Shown here piece after piece: positions 1 to 9,936 of a DNA stretch of 64,000 nucleotides. This DNA is from Anaerolineae bacterium (GTDB taxonomy: Bacteria > Chloroflexota > Anaerolineae > UBA1429), in the NCBI GenBank assembly GCA_963675785.1, contig OY776562.1, forward strand, positions 2,304,001-2,368,000, written 5' to 3'. Both the position numbers and the translations under genes were made by a program. Numbering within the stretch: position 1 is the first letter of the stretch; every line of letters starts with the position of its first letter. The notes under the pieces are model-generated. The model was not told the origin of the DNA. It saw only the letters and a list, made by a program, of their open reading frames with translations, and ran no database searches.

Positions 1-57
1 CCTGCAGAACGCCTAGAACGAATGCTTGGAAAAATGTCACCGTGTGCCTCCCCGCGA

Positions 58-1245
58 CTAAGAGTTTTGGCGCTTACTTTGCCCCCAGGCCTCACGATTT
101 TCAACCCGTGCCTGGCTATTTGCAACCTGATAACGCTCAAGAAAGACGTCTCTGAACTGGGCCAGGGTTCCATCGAGAATGGCCTGGCGTATCTGCCGCA
201 TCAAATCGAGCAGAAAATGAACATTATGAATGGTATTGAGATGCAGCCCTAGGGTTTCTTTGGTCATCACCAAATGGCGCAAGTACGAACGCGTAAAGGT
301 GCGGCAGGTATAGCAGGTGCAGCCTTCTTGAATAGGACGCTCGTCCTCACGATTGCTGGCGTTACGCAGATTCAGGCGACCATCCAAAGTGAATACAGCG
401 CCATTGCGAGCCAAGCGTGTAGGTAACACACAATCAAACATATCAATGCCCCGCCAAACGCCCTCGATCAAGTCCTCGGGAGAACCCACCCCCATCAGGT
501 AGCGGGGCTTGTTTTCGGGCAGGTAGGGTGTGGTGTGATCCAGAATACGCAGCATATCCTCTTTGCTCTCACCCACAGAAAGCCCGCCAATAGCATAGCC
601 GGGGAAATCCATAGCGCTGAGCGTAGCCGCGCTTTGTTGCCGTAAATCCTCAAAGATGCCGCCCTGGACGATGCCGAAAACGGCCTGATCAGACCGAGTA
701 TGGGCCTCCAAACACTGTGCAGCCCAACGATGCGTGCGCTCCAGGGCACGGATATTGTATTCGCGGTCATGGGGTTCGGCGCATTCATCCAGCACCATCG
801 CAATGTCAGAGCCAAGAAGCTCTTGAGTGTGCATTACACTCTCTGGTGTAAAACGATGTCGTGAACCATCGATATGAGACTGAAAGGTGACACCATCCTC
901 ATCGATCTGGCGCAAGCCCTGCAAGCTAAATACCTGAAAGCCGCCACTATCCGTCAGAATGGGGCGATCCCAGGCCATAAAACGGTGCAGCCCCCCCCTG
1001 CGGTCGATAAGTTCGGCCCCTGGCCGCAAATAGAGATGATACGTGTTGGCTAAAATCATGGGGGCGTCGAGTTCGACGAGATCGCGCGGAGCCAACGTTT
1101 TGACCGTGGCTTGCGTACCAACCGGGCAAAAGATAGGCGTAGGCACGTCGCCGTGAGGCGTGTGCATCATACCAGCGCGAGCCATCGAAGCAGGATCTGT
1201 GTGTTCTAGATCAAAAGTCAGTGCAAAAGGGGTAGAATTTGGCAT
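58..1245 (-). CDS. tgt: tRNA-guanine transglycosylase (queuine tRNA-ribosyltransferase)
   Basis: PVGTQATVK, ANTYHLYLRPG, TDSGGFQVFSL, GIVQGG, GGLSVGE, DMFDCVLPTR and CxCxxC...H zinc site. Confidence 0.97.
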   Translation of the reverse strand: MPNSTPFALTFDLEHTDPASMARAGMMHTPHGDVPTPIFCPVGTQATVKTLAPRDLVELDAPMILANTYHLYLRPGAELIDRRGGLHRFMAWDRPILTDSGGFQVFSLQGLRQIDEDGVTFQSHIDGSRHRFTPESVMHTQELLGSDIAMVLDECAEPHDREYNIRALERTHRWAAQCLEAHTRSDQAVFGIVQGGIFEDLRQQSAATLSAMDFPGYAIGGLSVGESKEDMLRILDHTTPYLPENKPRYLMGVGSPEDLIEGVWRGIDMFDCVLPTRLARNGAVFTLDGRLNLRNASNREDERPIQEGCTCYTCRTFTRSYLRHLVMTKETLGLHLNTIHNVHFLLDLMRQIRQAILDGTLAQFRDVFLERYQVANSQARVENREAWGQSKRQNS

Positions 1246-1298
1246 GGGGCGATTATACCATAGGCACTGCAGGCGTCGGAATCCTCATGCAAAAGCAA

Positions 1299-1322
1299 AG
1301 CGCCCCTCATATGAGGGGCGCT
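1299..1322 (-). terminator. Perfect 24-bp palindrome, probable terminator of the zinc-ribbon gene
   Basis: agcgcccctcat|atgaggggcgct, followed on the minus strand by T-rich sequence, 15 bp past the stop at 1338. Confidence 0.6.
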
Positions 1323-1337
1323 ATTTGCAAACCGCGT

Positions 1338-1550
1338 TTAGTGGCCGCAAGACGAACAAGAACCGCCGCTGCAACCGGCACAACCGCCGCCACCAGAACC
1401 AGAGGTGACCGAGCAGCAGGCCGTCAATTCACGTTTCGAATTCGTGCTCTTACAAGCTGGGCACTGGGCGGGCTCATCTGCCTGAGAATAGGGTCTCAAC
1501 AGATCAAACTTGTTGTTGCAGTCCTTACAGGTGTACTCGTAGAACGGCAT
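1338..1550 (-). CDS. FmdB-family zinc-ribbon protein with Gly/Cys-rich tail
   Basis: MPFYEYTCKDC...CPAC motif; start trimmed to the ATG at 1550. Confidence 0.85.
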   Translation of the reverse strand: MPFYEYTCKDCNNKFDLLRPYSQADEPAQCPACKSTNSKRELTACCSVTSGSGGGGCAGCSGGSCSSCGH

Positions 1551-1622
1551 AGCTATTCCTTCCAGTGATTTGTTTCCACAACAGCCACTATGATAGACCA
1601 AACAAAGCAAGGGCACAAAACC

Positions 1623-2858
1623 CTATTCAGAACAGGCGTCGATGGCCTTGCGCAAACGCCGAATGCCCTCATAGATCATGTCGGGGTCCATAGTGGCGAA
1701 CGATAGCCGTAGCGTATTCTTGCCCACGCCGGGCACTGTATAAAAGGGGCCGCCTGGCACAAAGGCCACGTTCTCTTTGGCAGCGATCTTGAGCAATTCG
1801 ATGGTGTCCAGGCAGCAGTTGAGCTCCAACCAAAGGAACAAACCGCCCTCGGGACGAACATAAGTCACAATATCACCCAAGATTTCGTCCACAGCATCGC
1901 ACATGGCGTTGCAGCGCACCAAATAATGCTCGCGGATGCGATCGAGTTGATCGGGCATATAACCCAACCGCAAGAACTCGGAGGCTATAGCTTGAGCCAG
2001 GGCGTTACTTTGCACATCGGCGCCCTGCTTGGCCATGATGAATTGCTCTTTGACCGAAGGCGGCGCTACGAGCCAGGAAATGCGCAAGCCCGGCGCGAGA
2101 ATCTTGGAAAAAGAGCTGGCATAGATAACATTGCCCGTAACATGTTCGCTAGCGACCGCATTTTCAGGGTGCAAGGCAGCATCCAACTCAAAGAGCGAGG
2201 GGAGAAACTCGCCGTCAAAACGCAGCAAGCCATAAGGATCATCCTCGAGGATGGGCACGCCGTATTTATCAGCCAGCTCAACCACCTTCTTGCGACGCTC
2301 CAGGCTCATAGTCACACCAGTGGGGTTTTGGAAATTGGGAATGGCATAGATAAAGCTGGCCTTGGTTTCTTTGAGGGCTGTCTCCAACTCGTCGATGCAC
2401 ATGCCCTCGTCGTCCACGGGGACCGGAGCAAATTTGCAGCCATAGGCCTTAAAGGCCTGCAAGGCCCCAAGGAAGGTGGGAGACTCGACGATCACCACAT
2501 CGCCTTCGTCCAAAAAGAGGCGGCCAGCCAAATCCAGCGTCTGCTGGGTGCCGCTAGTGATAGCGATATTATTCACGCCTGCATGAATGCCATTTTCTCG
2601 GGAGAAATCGACCAACTGCTGGCGCAAACCAATATAGCCATCGGTCACGCCGTACTGCAACGAAGCAGCAGGCTGCTCTTCCATGACATAGTTGGCGAGT
2701 TCTCCAAGCTTGTCTACGGGGAAAAGACTGGCATCGGGCCACCCACCAGACATTGAGATAACGTCGGGAGACTGGGCCGATTTGAGAATCTCACGAATAA
2801 TCGACGTGGTCATCCATTCGAGACGGCGGGAATAGCGACTGGTCCAATCAACGCTCAT
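1623..2858 (-). CDS. PLP-dependent class I/II aminotransferase (LysN/ARO8-like)
   Basis: PNFQNPTG, EDDPYG, SFSKILAPGLRI (PLP lysine), LRLSF. Confidence 0.9.
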   Translation of the reverse strand: MSVDWTSRYSRRLEWMTTSIIREILKSAQSPDVISMSGGWPDASLFPVDKLGELANYVMEEQPAASLQYGVTDGYIGLRQQLVDFSRENGIHAGVNNIAITSGTQQTLDLAGRLFLDEGDVVIVESPTFLGALQAFKAYGCKFAPVPVDDEGMCIDELETALKETKASFIYAIPNFQNPTGVTMSLERRKKVVELADKYGVPILEDDPYGLLRFDGEFLPSLFELDAALHPENAVASEHVTGNVIYASSFSKILAPGLRISWLVAPPSVKEQFIMAKQGADVQSNALAQAIASEFLRLGYMPDQLDRIREHYLVRCNAMCDAVDEILGDIVTYVRPEGGLFLWLELNCCLDTIELLKIAAKENVAFVPGGPFYTVPGVGKNTLRLSFATMDPDMIYEGIRRLRKAIDACSE

Positions 2859-3795
2859 TTTGATCTCCTCTTACCTGATGAGATGCCACGACGTCGTCGT
2901 CGAGCGCAGCCGCTGTTGCTGCGTTCTCTTCTTTGCCAGCCACATAAATGCCAGCCAGAATGAGAATACTGCCAATGTAAAAAGCGGGGACAGGGATTTC
3001 CCTCAATATGATAAAAGCCAATAGGCTAGAGCCGATTGGCTCGCCCAAGACAGTGAGGGTCACCATCACGGGCGTCTGGAAAGACAAAGACCAGTTGAGC
3101 AACGAATGGCCGATAATCTGCGGGCCCAAAGCCATCAGAATAACCATCAAATAAGTGTTCGAGCTATAGCCGATGACGGGGACCCCCATCACAAAGCAAC
3201 ATACTAATAGAATGATACCAGCCATGCCATATGTTGGCCAAACATAGGCCATCGTCGAGAGCTTTTTGCGCAAATGATCGGCGATCATAAAGTTGGCGCC
3301 TATGCAGAGTGCACCCAGAACAGCCATCAAGTCGCCCAGTAGAGCCTGGCCCGATAACCTAAAATCGCCATAGCTCACGACCACACTGCCCATCATAGCA
3401 ACAGCGATGGCAATAGCCTTACCGCGAGAAACCCTTTGGCCCAAGAAGAAATGAGAGACCAAACCCACATAAATAGGCGTAGTAGTGACCAGAATGACCG
3501 AACTGGCCACAGTAGTGTACTCTAGAGAGGCGAACCAGGTAGCAAAGTGCGCCGCCAGGGCCGCAGCAGCCCCCAACATCAGCCATTTGTCTTTGGTGTT
3601 GAGCACGTGCCATTCTCTTCGAATGGCCGGTATACCCCAAGGGGCAAGGAGTATCGAAGCCAGCAACAATCGAAAAGCGCCAATAAAAAAGGCGGGAGCG
3701 TCCGAAAGACGCGCCAAAATCGAAGCAGTCGAAATTGCCAGGATGCTCAACACCAAAGCACTCGTGCGGATGCCACGTCGTTCGGCCAAGGCCAT
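2848..3795 (-). CDS. DMT/EamA family transporter
   Basis: About 10 hydrophobic segments in two repeats; GD-LA and EP signatures. Confidence 0.88.
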   Translation of the reverse strand: MALAERRGIRTSALVLSILAISTASILARLSDAPAFFIGAFRLLLASILLAPWGIPAIRREWHVLNTKDKWLMLGAAAALAAHFATWFASLEYTTVASSVILVTTTPIYVGLVSHFFLGQRVSRGKAIAIAVAMMGSVVVSYGDFRLSGQALLGDLMAVLGALCIGANFMIADHLRKKLSTMAYVWPTYGMAGIILLVCCFVMGVPVIGYSSNTYLMVILMALGPQIIGHSLLNWSLSFQTPVMVTLTVLGEPIGSSLLAFIILREIPVPAFYIGSILILAGIYVAGKEENAATAAALDDDVVASHQVRGDQNER

Positions 3796-3921
3796 TCAAT
3801 CACCCCAAGGTTCAGAATTATCAGGCATTGTACTGCTGTGGTGGCAACAGGGCAAAGCCGGCGGTTGCAGTGCAATACGGCCATGGTAGAATAGTGTATC
3901 AGAGAAGAGAAAGACACAGCA

Positions 3922-5655
3922 ATGCCTATTCATATTCTGCCGCCTGACATCATCAATAAAATCGCCGCCGGTGAAGTCATCGAGCGGCCAGCTTCGGTCG
4001 CCAAAGAGCTCATCGAGAACGCTATTGATGCCGGAGCTACCGAGATAGAGGTGGCTGTGGATGAGGGCGGCCAGCGTCTCATCCAAGTCAGCGATAATGG
4101 CAGTGGCATCGCCGCCGATCAGGTGGAGGTTGCCTTTGCACGGCACGCCACCAGCAAACTCGAAAGCGCAGATGACTTGTATCGCATCCGCACTCTGGGC
4201 TTTCGCGGCGAGGCATTGGCCAGCATTGCCGCAGTTTCACAGCTTACGCTTACTACCCGTACCCAAGAAGACAGCGCCGGCACACTGGTGCGTTATCATG
4301 GTGGCGAACGCATGGAAAAGAGCCTCGTGGGGCGTTCGCTCGGCACGAGCGTGATGGTGGAACACCTCTTTTTCAATACACCCGCCCGCAAAAAGTTCTT
4401 GCGCTCGGATAGTACCGAGGCCAGCCATGTGGCTCGGCTGGTCAGCAGCTATGCTCTGGCTTTCCCCACCATTCGCTTTACGCTCAAAAAGAATGGACGT
4501 CAGATTCTAGCCAGCAACGGCACGGGCAAGCTGCTCGATGCCATAGTCGCTGTGTACGGCCTGGATACGGCCAGTCAAATGGTAGAACTGGAACCCCAGG
4601 AGAACCCCGAATTGCTGCTAGTCAGTGGCTATACTGGCGAACCCGGATTGAACCGCTCTAATCGCGGCGATATTGTGCTCTTTGTGAACCACCGCTGGAT
4701 ACAAGACAACACCCTGAGCTATGCCATCACCGAGGCCTATCGAGGCTTACTGCCGCAGCGTCGTTACCCGGTAGCCATCATTAATATCACGTTGCCTCCC
4801 GAGGATGTGGACGTCAATATTCACCCCACCAAGCGCGAAGTCCGTTTCCGCCAGGGGCGAGATATTTTTGTGGCGGTACAGCGCGCTGTTCGCCGGGCTA
4901 TTCTAGGCACCAGCCCAGTGCGTTCCAGCGAACTGCCGCCCGCCGTTAATACAGCCAACTACCAGCCCCTTTATCATGAGCTCGATCTGCGCAATAGGCC
5001 AGGTGGTTCGATCCCCTTGGGCCCTAACACCCAGCAGGCCATGGAGGCTTACCGCCCCTCTGCTGCACTAGGGCCACAGCGAGAGGGTCGCCTGCCTATG
5101 CTGCGTGTGGTAGGACAAATTGCCCAAACCTATATCATCGCCGAAGGGCCCGGCGGCATGTATCTCATCGATCAGCACGCCGCTCACGAGCGCATCCGTT
5201 ATGAAGAGATCCGCACGCAAAAGCAGGGCTCCTTGGCCGCGCAAGATCTGCTTCAGCCATTGCCCATTGACGTAGCGCCGCAGCAAGCCGCGCTGCTTGA
5301 AGAACATCTGGATGATCTGGTCTCGCTGGGCTTTGTCGTTGAACCCTTTGGCGGCTCGACCTTTTTGGTACGCCGTGTGCCAGTGGAAATGATCGGCGAG
5401 AGTGTCACCGAGGCTTTGGCCGAGATGCTCGACCCCGATGCAGCCGATAGCTCCTGGTCCTGGGATGATCGGGCCCAGATCACCCTAGCCTGCCATACGG
5501 CCATTCGCGCTGGCCAAACGCTCTCTATGCAAGAGATGCAAGAGCTGGTGCGCAAACTCGAAGCCTGCGAGGTCCCTCACACCTGCCCTCATGGGCGCCC
5601 CACCTTGTTGCACTTTTCCTCTGCTCAACTGGAAAAACAATTCGGCCGTATCTAG
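3922..5655 (+). CDS. mutL: DNA mismatch repair endonuclease MutL
   Basis: IAAGEVIERPAS, KELIENAIDA, GFRGEALASI, DQHAAHER, ACH and CPHGRP endonuclease motifs. Confidence 0.97.
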   Translation: MPIHILPPDIINKIAAGEVIERPASVAKELIENAIDAGATEIEVAVDEGGQRLIQVSDNGSGIAADQVEVAFARHATSKLESADDLYRIRTLGFRGEALASIAAVSQLTLTTRTQEDSAGTLVRYHGGERMEKSLVGRSLGTSVMVEHLFFNTPARKKFLRSDSTEASHVARLVSSYALAFPTIRFTLKKNGRQILASNGTGKLLDAIVAVYGLDTASQMVELEPQENPELLLVSGYTGEPGLNRSNRGDIVLFVNHRWIQDNTLSYAITEAYRGLLPQRRYPVAIINITLPPEDVDVNIHPTKREVRFRQGRDIFVAVQRAVRRAILGTSPVRSSELPPAVNTANYQPLYHELDLRNRPGGSIPLGPNTQQAMEAYRPSAALGPQREGRLPMLRVVGQIAQTYIIAEGPGGMYLIDQHAAHERIRYEEIRTQKQGSLAAQDLLQPLPIDVAPQQAALLEEHLDDLVSLGFVVEPFGGSTFLVRRVPVEMIGESVTEALAEMLDPDAADSSWSWDDRAQITLACHTAIRAGQTLSMQEMQELVRKLEACEVPHTCPHGRPTLLHFSSAQLEKQFGRI

Positions 5656-5731
5656 CTCAAATTGCGAAACCCTGTATCGGTTGCCACGTATAGTATTCGT
5701 TCATTCGCAACAACGGATACGGGAGAATAAC

Positions 5732-6121
5732 GTGAAGAACATCTATCGTCGCAAGAACAATCGCGTCATTGCCGGTGTGTGCGGCGGAATCGCAGACTAC
5801 TTGGGCATCGACGCAGTTTGGATTCGGCTCGCCTTTGTCGCCCTATTCCTGATGGAAGGCAGCGGCATACTACTGTACCTCATTGCTTGGCTGCTCATTC
5901 CTGAAAAGAGCGGCGAGCAAGAGCTCGATCCCTGGAATGAAAAAGACAACCAGAAAAGGGCCGAAGTCGGCGGCGTCCTACTCATTGGCACGGGCTTATT
6001 GCTCTTGGCTCGCCACCTGGGGCTGCTTAGCTGGCTCAACTTTGGCACATTGCTACCCATCGTGCTCATCGTTGCCGGTGGTGTGCTCATCATGAGAAAC
6101 CGCCAGGGTGCCCACTCATGA
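5732..6121 (+). CDS. PspC-domain membrane protein with C-terminal LiaF-like helices
   Basis: YRRKNNRVIAGVCGGIADYLG...LYLIAWLLIPE; GTG start after GGGAGA. Confidence 0.88.
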   Translation: MKNIYRRKNNRVIAGVCGGIADYLGIDAVWIRLAFVALFLMEGSGILLYLIAWLLIPEKSGEQELDPWNEKDNQKRAEVGGVLLIGTGLLLLARHLGLLSWLNFGTLLPIVLIVAGGVLIMRNRQGAHS

Positions 6122-7011
6122 GTGAAAAGCGCGAGACGCCCAGTCTGCTGCTGCCCCTGCTGCTCATTACAGCAGGGGCAGCTCTGCTTCTTCAACAAAC
6201 CGGCATGTACACCATACCCTGGGGACACATCGCCAGGCTATGGCCCTTGCTTTTGGTGCTCTTTGGGCTAGAAGCCCTGTTCAGGGCACTCAAAGCACCG
6301 GCGTTAGTGGCATCCAGTGCAGCCTTGGTCATTACCCTGGTTGGCGGCTTGATCTTTGAGCCCATCCTCTACCCCGCCCAGAATCCGGGGCAGGTATCCT
6401 ACCTTTACCAGGGGAACGGCGCAGAAACCGCGGAATTATACTTGCAAGCCAGCGCTGCCACAGTGACGGTCGACACTGAACTGAATGAGGGGATGATTGC
6501 CGTCGATATCAGTGACCCTGAAGGCGTAGATGACATCTCAACGCAAGAAGAGCGTAGTGACAATACACTGATCGTTCGCGTGAACAACCAACGCACCCGC
6601 GTAAACGTGCCGCTTGTTGATGAGGAGACAACAGCCCAATGGCGTACCCATATTGCGGCGGATGCACCAAGCACGCTCGTTGTCGAGACCGGCGCAGGCA
6701 AGATTGATGTGGATATGAGCGAGGCAGCGCTATCTGGGCTGAACCTACACACAGGTGTGGGCAGCATGAATGTCGAATTGCCCGCAGGGGATTATTCGGC
6801 AGACCTAAGCTGCGGCGTAGGCAAGATTGTGTTGACCTTGCCGGAAAGCGCCGCTGTGCGCATCTACGCCGATAGTGGTTTGGGTAACACCACGGCAAAC
6901 AGTCATTACCAGCTGGTAGACGGTTATTACGTCTCGGCAGCTTTTTCAGAAAGCGAACCTTTTGCCACGATCACTATTAGCACCGGCATTGGCTCGATCG
7001 TTCTTCAGTAG
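6118..7011 (+). CDS. LiaF/LiaI-like membrane protein with extracytoplasmic beta-repeat (toast-rack/adhesin-like) domain
   Basis: Three N-terminal TM helices including LWPLLL; C-terminal G-x-G-x-hydrophobic repeats; ATGA overlap with the PspC gene. Confidence 0.7.
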   Translation: MSEKRETPSLLLPLLLITAGAALLLQQTGMYTIPWGHIARLWPLLLVLFGLEALFRALKAPALVASSAALVITLVGGLIFEPILYPAQNPGQVSYLYQGNGAETAELYLQASAATVTVDTELNEGMIAVDISDPEGVDDISTQEERSDNTLIVRVNNQRTRVNVPLVDEETTAQWRTHIAADAPSTLVVETGAGKIDVDMSEAALSGLNLHTGVGSMNVELPAGDYSADLSCGVGKIVLTLPESAAVRIYADSGLGNTTANSHYQLVDGYYVSAAFSESEPFATITISTGIGSIVLQ

Positions 7012-7038
7012 CAAAATACCCCAATTTACTGGATTTGT

Positions 7039-7067
7039 TTGACGGCCCTCCCGGGGTACTCTATACT
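7039..7067 (+). promoter_or_regulatory. Sigma70 promoter of the CsoR-family gene with a C/G-tract operator-like spacer
   Basis: TTGACG-N17-TATACT; the spacer contains ccctcccggggta. Confidence 0.65.
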
Positions 7068-7104
7068 GTCGCACGAGATACCGGTAGGAAAGGCAGAGCA
7101 GAGA

Positions 7105-7380
7105 ATGAGCCGCCAACAAGACGAGATTCTGGGGCGCCTGCGACGAGTCGAGGGTCAGATTCGCGGCATTCAGCGCATGATCACCGAAGAGCGCGATTGC
7201 GAGGCGATCGTCACACAGATTCTCGCCGCACGCGCCGCCCTCGAGAAGGCGAGCTTGCTCATATTGAGCGATCAGATCGATAGCTGCCTGCTCGGCCCCG
7301 AAGGAGAGCAAGATCCCGAGCGCGTCAAGCGCATGGTCGAGCACTTGCTCAAGTTCAACCGTCCAGATGCTTCCGAATAA
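7105..7380 (+). CDS. CsoR/RcnR/CstR family transcriptional repressor
   Basis: RLRRVEGQIRGIQRMI..ERDC...QI.A.RAAL. Confidence 0.92.
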   Translation: MSRQQDEILGRLRRVEGQIRGIQRMITEERDCEAIVTQILAARAALEKASLLILSDQIDSCLLGPEGEQDPERVKRMVEHLLKFNRPDASE

Positions 7381-7384
7381 CAAC

Positions 7385-7421
7385 AAAAAAAGGCCGAGTC
7401 GCTTTGACTCGGCCTTTTTTT
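7385..7421. terminator. Bidirectional intrinsic terminator
   Basis: A7-ggccgagtc-gcttt-gactcggcc-T7 between convergent genes. Confidence 0.9.
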
Positions 7422-7426
7422 GTTTA

Positions 7427-8728
7427 TCAGTGATATTCGGGCAGATACTCGCCGTGGGCCTCGATCAAATCATCGCACAGAGAGACGATTTCGTCGATAG
7501 TCAGCTCGGATGCCGTGTGCGGATCGAGCAGGGCAGCATGATAGATGTGTTCTTTTTTGAGTGTCAAAGCCGCCTCGATGGTCAGCTCGTGCACGTTCAC
7601 ATTGGTACGCGTGAGAGCCGCACACTGGGGTGGCAGGTCGCCTACATAGGTTGGGGTGATGCCGTTTTTATCGGCCACACACTTGACCTCGACGCAACAG
7701 TTATTCGGTAGATTGGTAATGAGCCCCGTATTCGGCACGTTACCCCCAAACACATAAGGGTTGCCGGTTTCAATGGCCTCAAAGATATAGGAAGCATACT
7801 CGTGTCCGCGCTCGTGGTGCAGAGGCTCTTCTTTGAGCAAGCCCTGACGCATTTCCTCCCAGCCGTTGATCTGCTTGATACAGCGTCGCGGATATTCGTC
7901 CAAGGGAATGTGGAAACGGTCAATGAGCTCGGGATGATCGGCCTTGATAAACCAGGGCGTATACTCGGCACTGTGCTCACTGGATTCGGTCACGTAATAG
8001 CCAAAGCGCTTCATCAGCTCGAAACGCACGGTGTCTTTGTAGTTATATTCTGGCAGTTGAGCGCGACGCTTGATCTCGGGGTAGAGGTCCTCGCCATCAC
8101 GATTGATTTCCAGCAACCAGCCCTGATGGTTGACGCCAGCAATCTTCCAATCGATGTTATCAGAGGACAGGCCGACGCGTTCGCACAGGCCGGGGGCGCA
8201 AACCTGCACACTGTGGCACAGGCCCACCACATTCACGTTGGTGGCCTTTTGCAATGCGCCAGTGAGCATGGCCATGGGGTTGGTATAATTGATCAATAGC
8301 GCATCGGGCGCTACTTCTTCGATGATGGCACAATAGTCGAGCATCACAGGGATGGTACGCAGCGCCCTAAAGATACCGCCAATACCCAGGGTGTCGGCAA
8401 TAGTCTGGCGCAAGCCGTACTTTTTGGGGATCTCGAAATCGATGACTGTGCTGGGTTCATAACCGCCTACTTGAATAGCATTGACAATGTAATCGGCGCC
8501 GGCCAGTGCCTGAGGGGCATCCTTCGCCAGATAGGAAGAAATGCTGGCCGAAGAGCCGATGGTACGGTTGATATTCTTGAGCATCACTTCAGAAGCATGC
8601 AAGCGCTCAGGATCGAGGTCGACCAGGGCGATCTCGGCATTACGCAGTGGTTCGGCATGCAGGCAATCGCCCAATACCTGGCGCGCAAAAACAGTGCTGC
8701 CCGCCCCTAAAAATACAATCTTGGCCAC
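7427..8728 (-). CDS. melA: GH4 NAD-dependent alpha-galactosidase
   Basis: KIVFLGAGSTVF, QTIADTLGIGGIFRALRT, NYTNPM, GLCHSVQ, TESSEH; GTG start after AGGAGG. Confidence 0.92.
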   Translation of the reverse strand: MAKIVFLGAGSTVFARQVLGDCLHAEPLRNAEIALVDLDPERLHASEVMLKNINRTIGSSASISSYLAKDAPQALAGADYIVNAIQVGGYEPSTVIDFEIPKKYGLRQTIADTLGIGGIFRALRTIPVMLDYCAIIEEVAPDALLINYTNPMAMLTGALQKATNVNVVGLCHSVQVCAPGLCERVGLSSDNIDWKIAGVNHQGWLLEINRDGEDLYPEIKRRAQLPEYNYKDTVRFELMKRFGYYVTESSEHSAEYTPWFIKADHPELIDRFHIPLDEYPRRCIKQINGWEEMRQGLLKEEPLHHERGHEYASYIFEAIETGNPYVFGGNVPNTGLITNLPNNCCVEVKCVADKNGITPTYVGDLPPQCAALTRTNVNVHELTIEAALTLKKEHIYHAALLDPHTASELTIDEIVSLCDDLIEAHGEYLPEYH

Positions 8729-8747
8729 GTTGTGCCTCCTACTGTAC

Positions 8748-9776
8748 CTATAACTTGATCTCGACTGATCGGCCCGTCTCTGCGCTCTCGATGGCGCCGA
8801 GCACCATGGCCAAACTCTTAATATTGTCCGAAGCGATGGTCTCGGGCACTCCGCCATTACGCACGCAATCCAGAAATTCACGGATGCAGCCAGCGTGTCC
8901 GCCCTGCTTTTCAGGCTCAGGTGATGCTGGCACCTCGAGCGGCTCCATCTCATAACGGAATCCCTCGGCACGTAAAACAGCCTCAGCCCGAAAAGAAGTG
9001 GCGCCATCCCACAATGCGGAACCCTGGGTACCCACACCGCGCCAGTCACACTCCCAGGTGGTATTCATGCCCTCAGCGCACCAGCTACCGCGATAGGTAT
9101 ACACCAAACCGTCGCTCATGGTAAATATGGCTACCGCCGAAGCATCCTGGTCATACCAAGAACCCTGGGGATTCCACTCGTAACAATAGACGGACACCGG
9201 ATCGGCCCCCGAGATGAAACGAGCCTGGTCAAAAGTGTGGATAGCCATATCCAACAACAACACGTGCTTCATGTTGTCGCGGAAACCGCCAAAGTGCGCG
9301 CCAATGTAAAAATCGCTATTGAGCGTAGTCAGATCACCCAGGCGCCCACCCCGACACAGTGCCCCCATACGACGAATCTGTGGGTCGTAGCGACGATTCT
9401 GCATCACCGCAAAAAGGCGCCCTGCTTTCTCGGCTGCCTCGATGAGAACGCGAGCATTCTCCATAGAATCGGCCAACGGCTTTTCAGAGAGTACATGACA
9501 ACCATGTTCCAATGCAGCCAGGGTTACATCGCGATGAGCTGCCGGTATGGTGCAGTTGAATACCACATCGGGGTTCAGTGTATCCAGCGCTTCGGCCAAG
9601 TCTGTGGTGATCAGTGGATCGCCTCTGCTCCATTCTTTGGCTCGCGTGGCCGCAGCAGCCTCTGCCAAATCCACAAAGCCAACCAGTTCGACGTTATCCA
9701 TATCCTGAAGCGCTTTAATCCAGGTACTCGTGATACCGCCGCAGCCCACTAGCACGGCGCGAATTGTTTGTGGCAT
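8748..9776 (-). CDS. Gfo/Idh/MocA family oxidoreductase
   Basis: VGCGGI, HVLSEKP, QNRRY, DMAIHTFD. Confidence 0.92.
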   Translation of the reverse strand: MPQTIRAVLVGCGGITSTWIKALQDMDNVELVGFVDLAEAAAATRAKEWSRGDPLITTDLAEALDTLNPDVVFNCTIPAAHRDVTLAALEHGCHVLSEKPLADSMENARVLIEAAEKAGRLFAVMQNRRYDPQIRRMGALCRGGRLGDLTTLNSDFYIGAHFGGFRDNMKHVLLLDMAIHTFDQARFISGADPVSVYCYEWNPQGSWYDQDASAVAIFTMSDGLVYTYRGSWCAEGMNTTWECDWRGVGTQGSALWDGATSFRAEAVLRAEGFRYEMEPLEVPASPEPEKQGGHAGCIREFLDCVRNGGVPETIASDNIKSLAMVLGAIESAETGRSVEIKL

Positions 9777-9936
9777 GTTTTCCCCTCTAGTACATAGCCT
9801 GGCCTCAATGACCAGTGGACGACTTGTCATCTCGGCCGATTATATCGCAACGCTTGCTCCATACAAGACGCTGCTTGCATTTCACTACGGTCAAAGTATA
9901 GTGGTGCCAGCTAGCCATGCAAGAGCGGGGGAGGCC

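Noticed and set aside
58-1245. Queuine-salvaging or DNA-modifying TGT variant
   Set aside because: The DEC and GGLSVGE motifs are those of the canonical preQ1-inserting bacterial enzyme.
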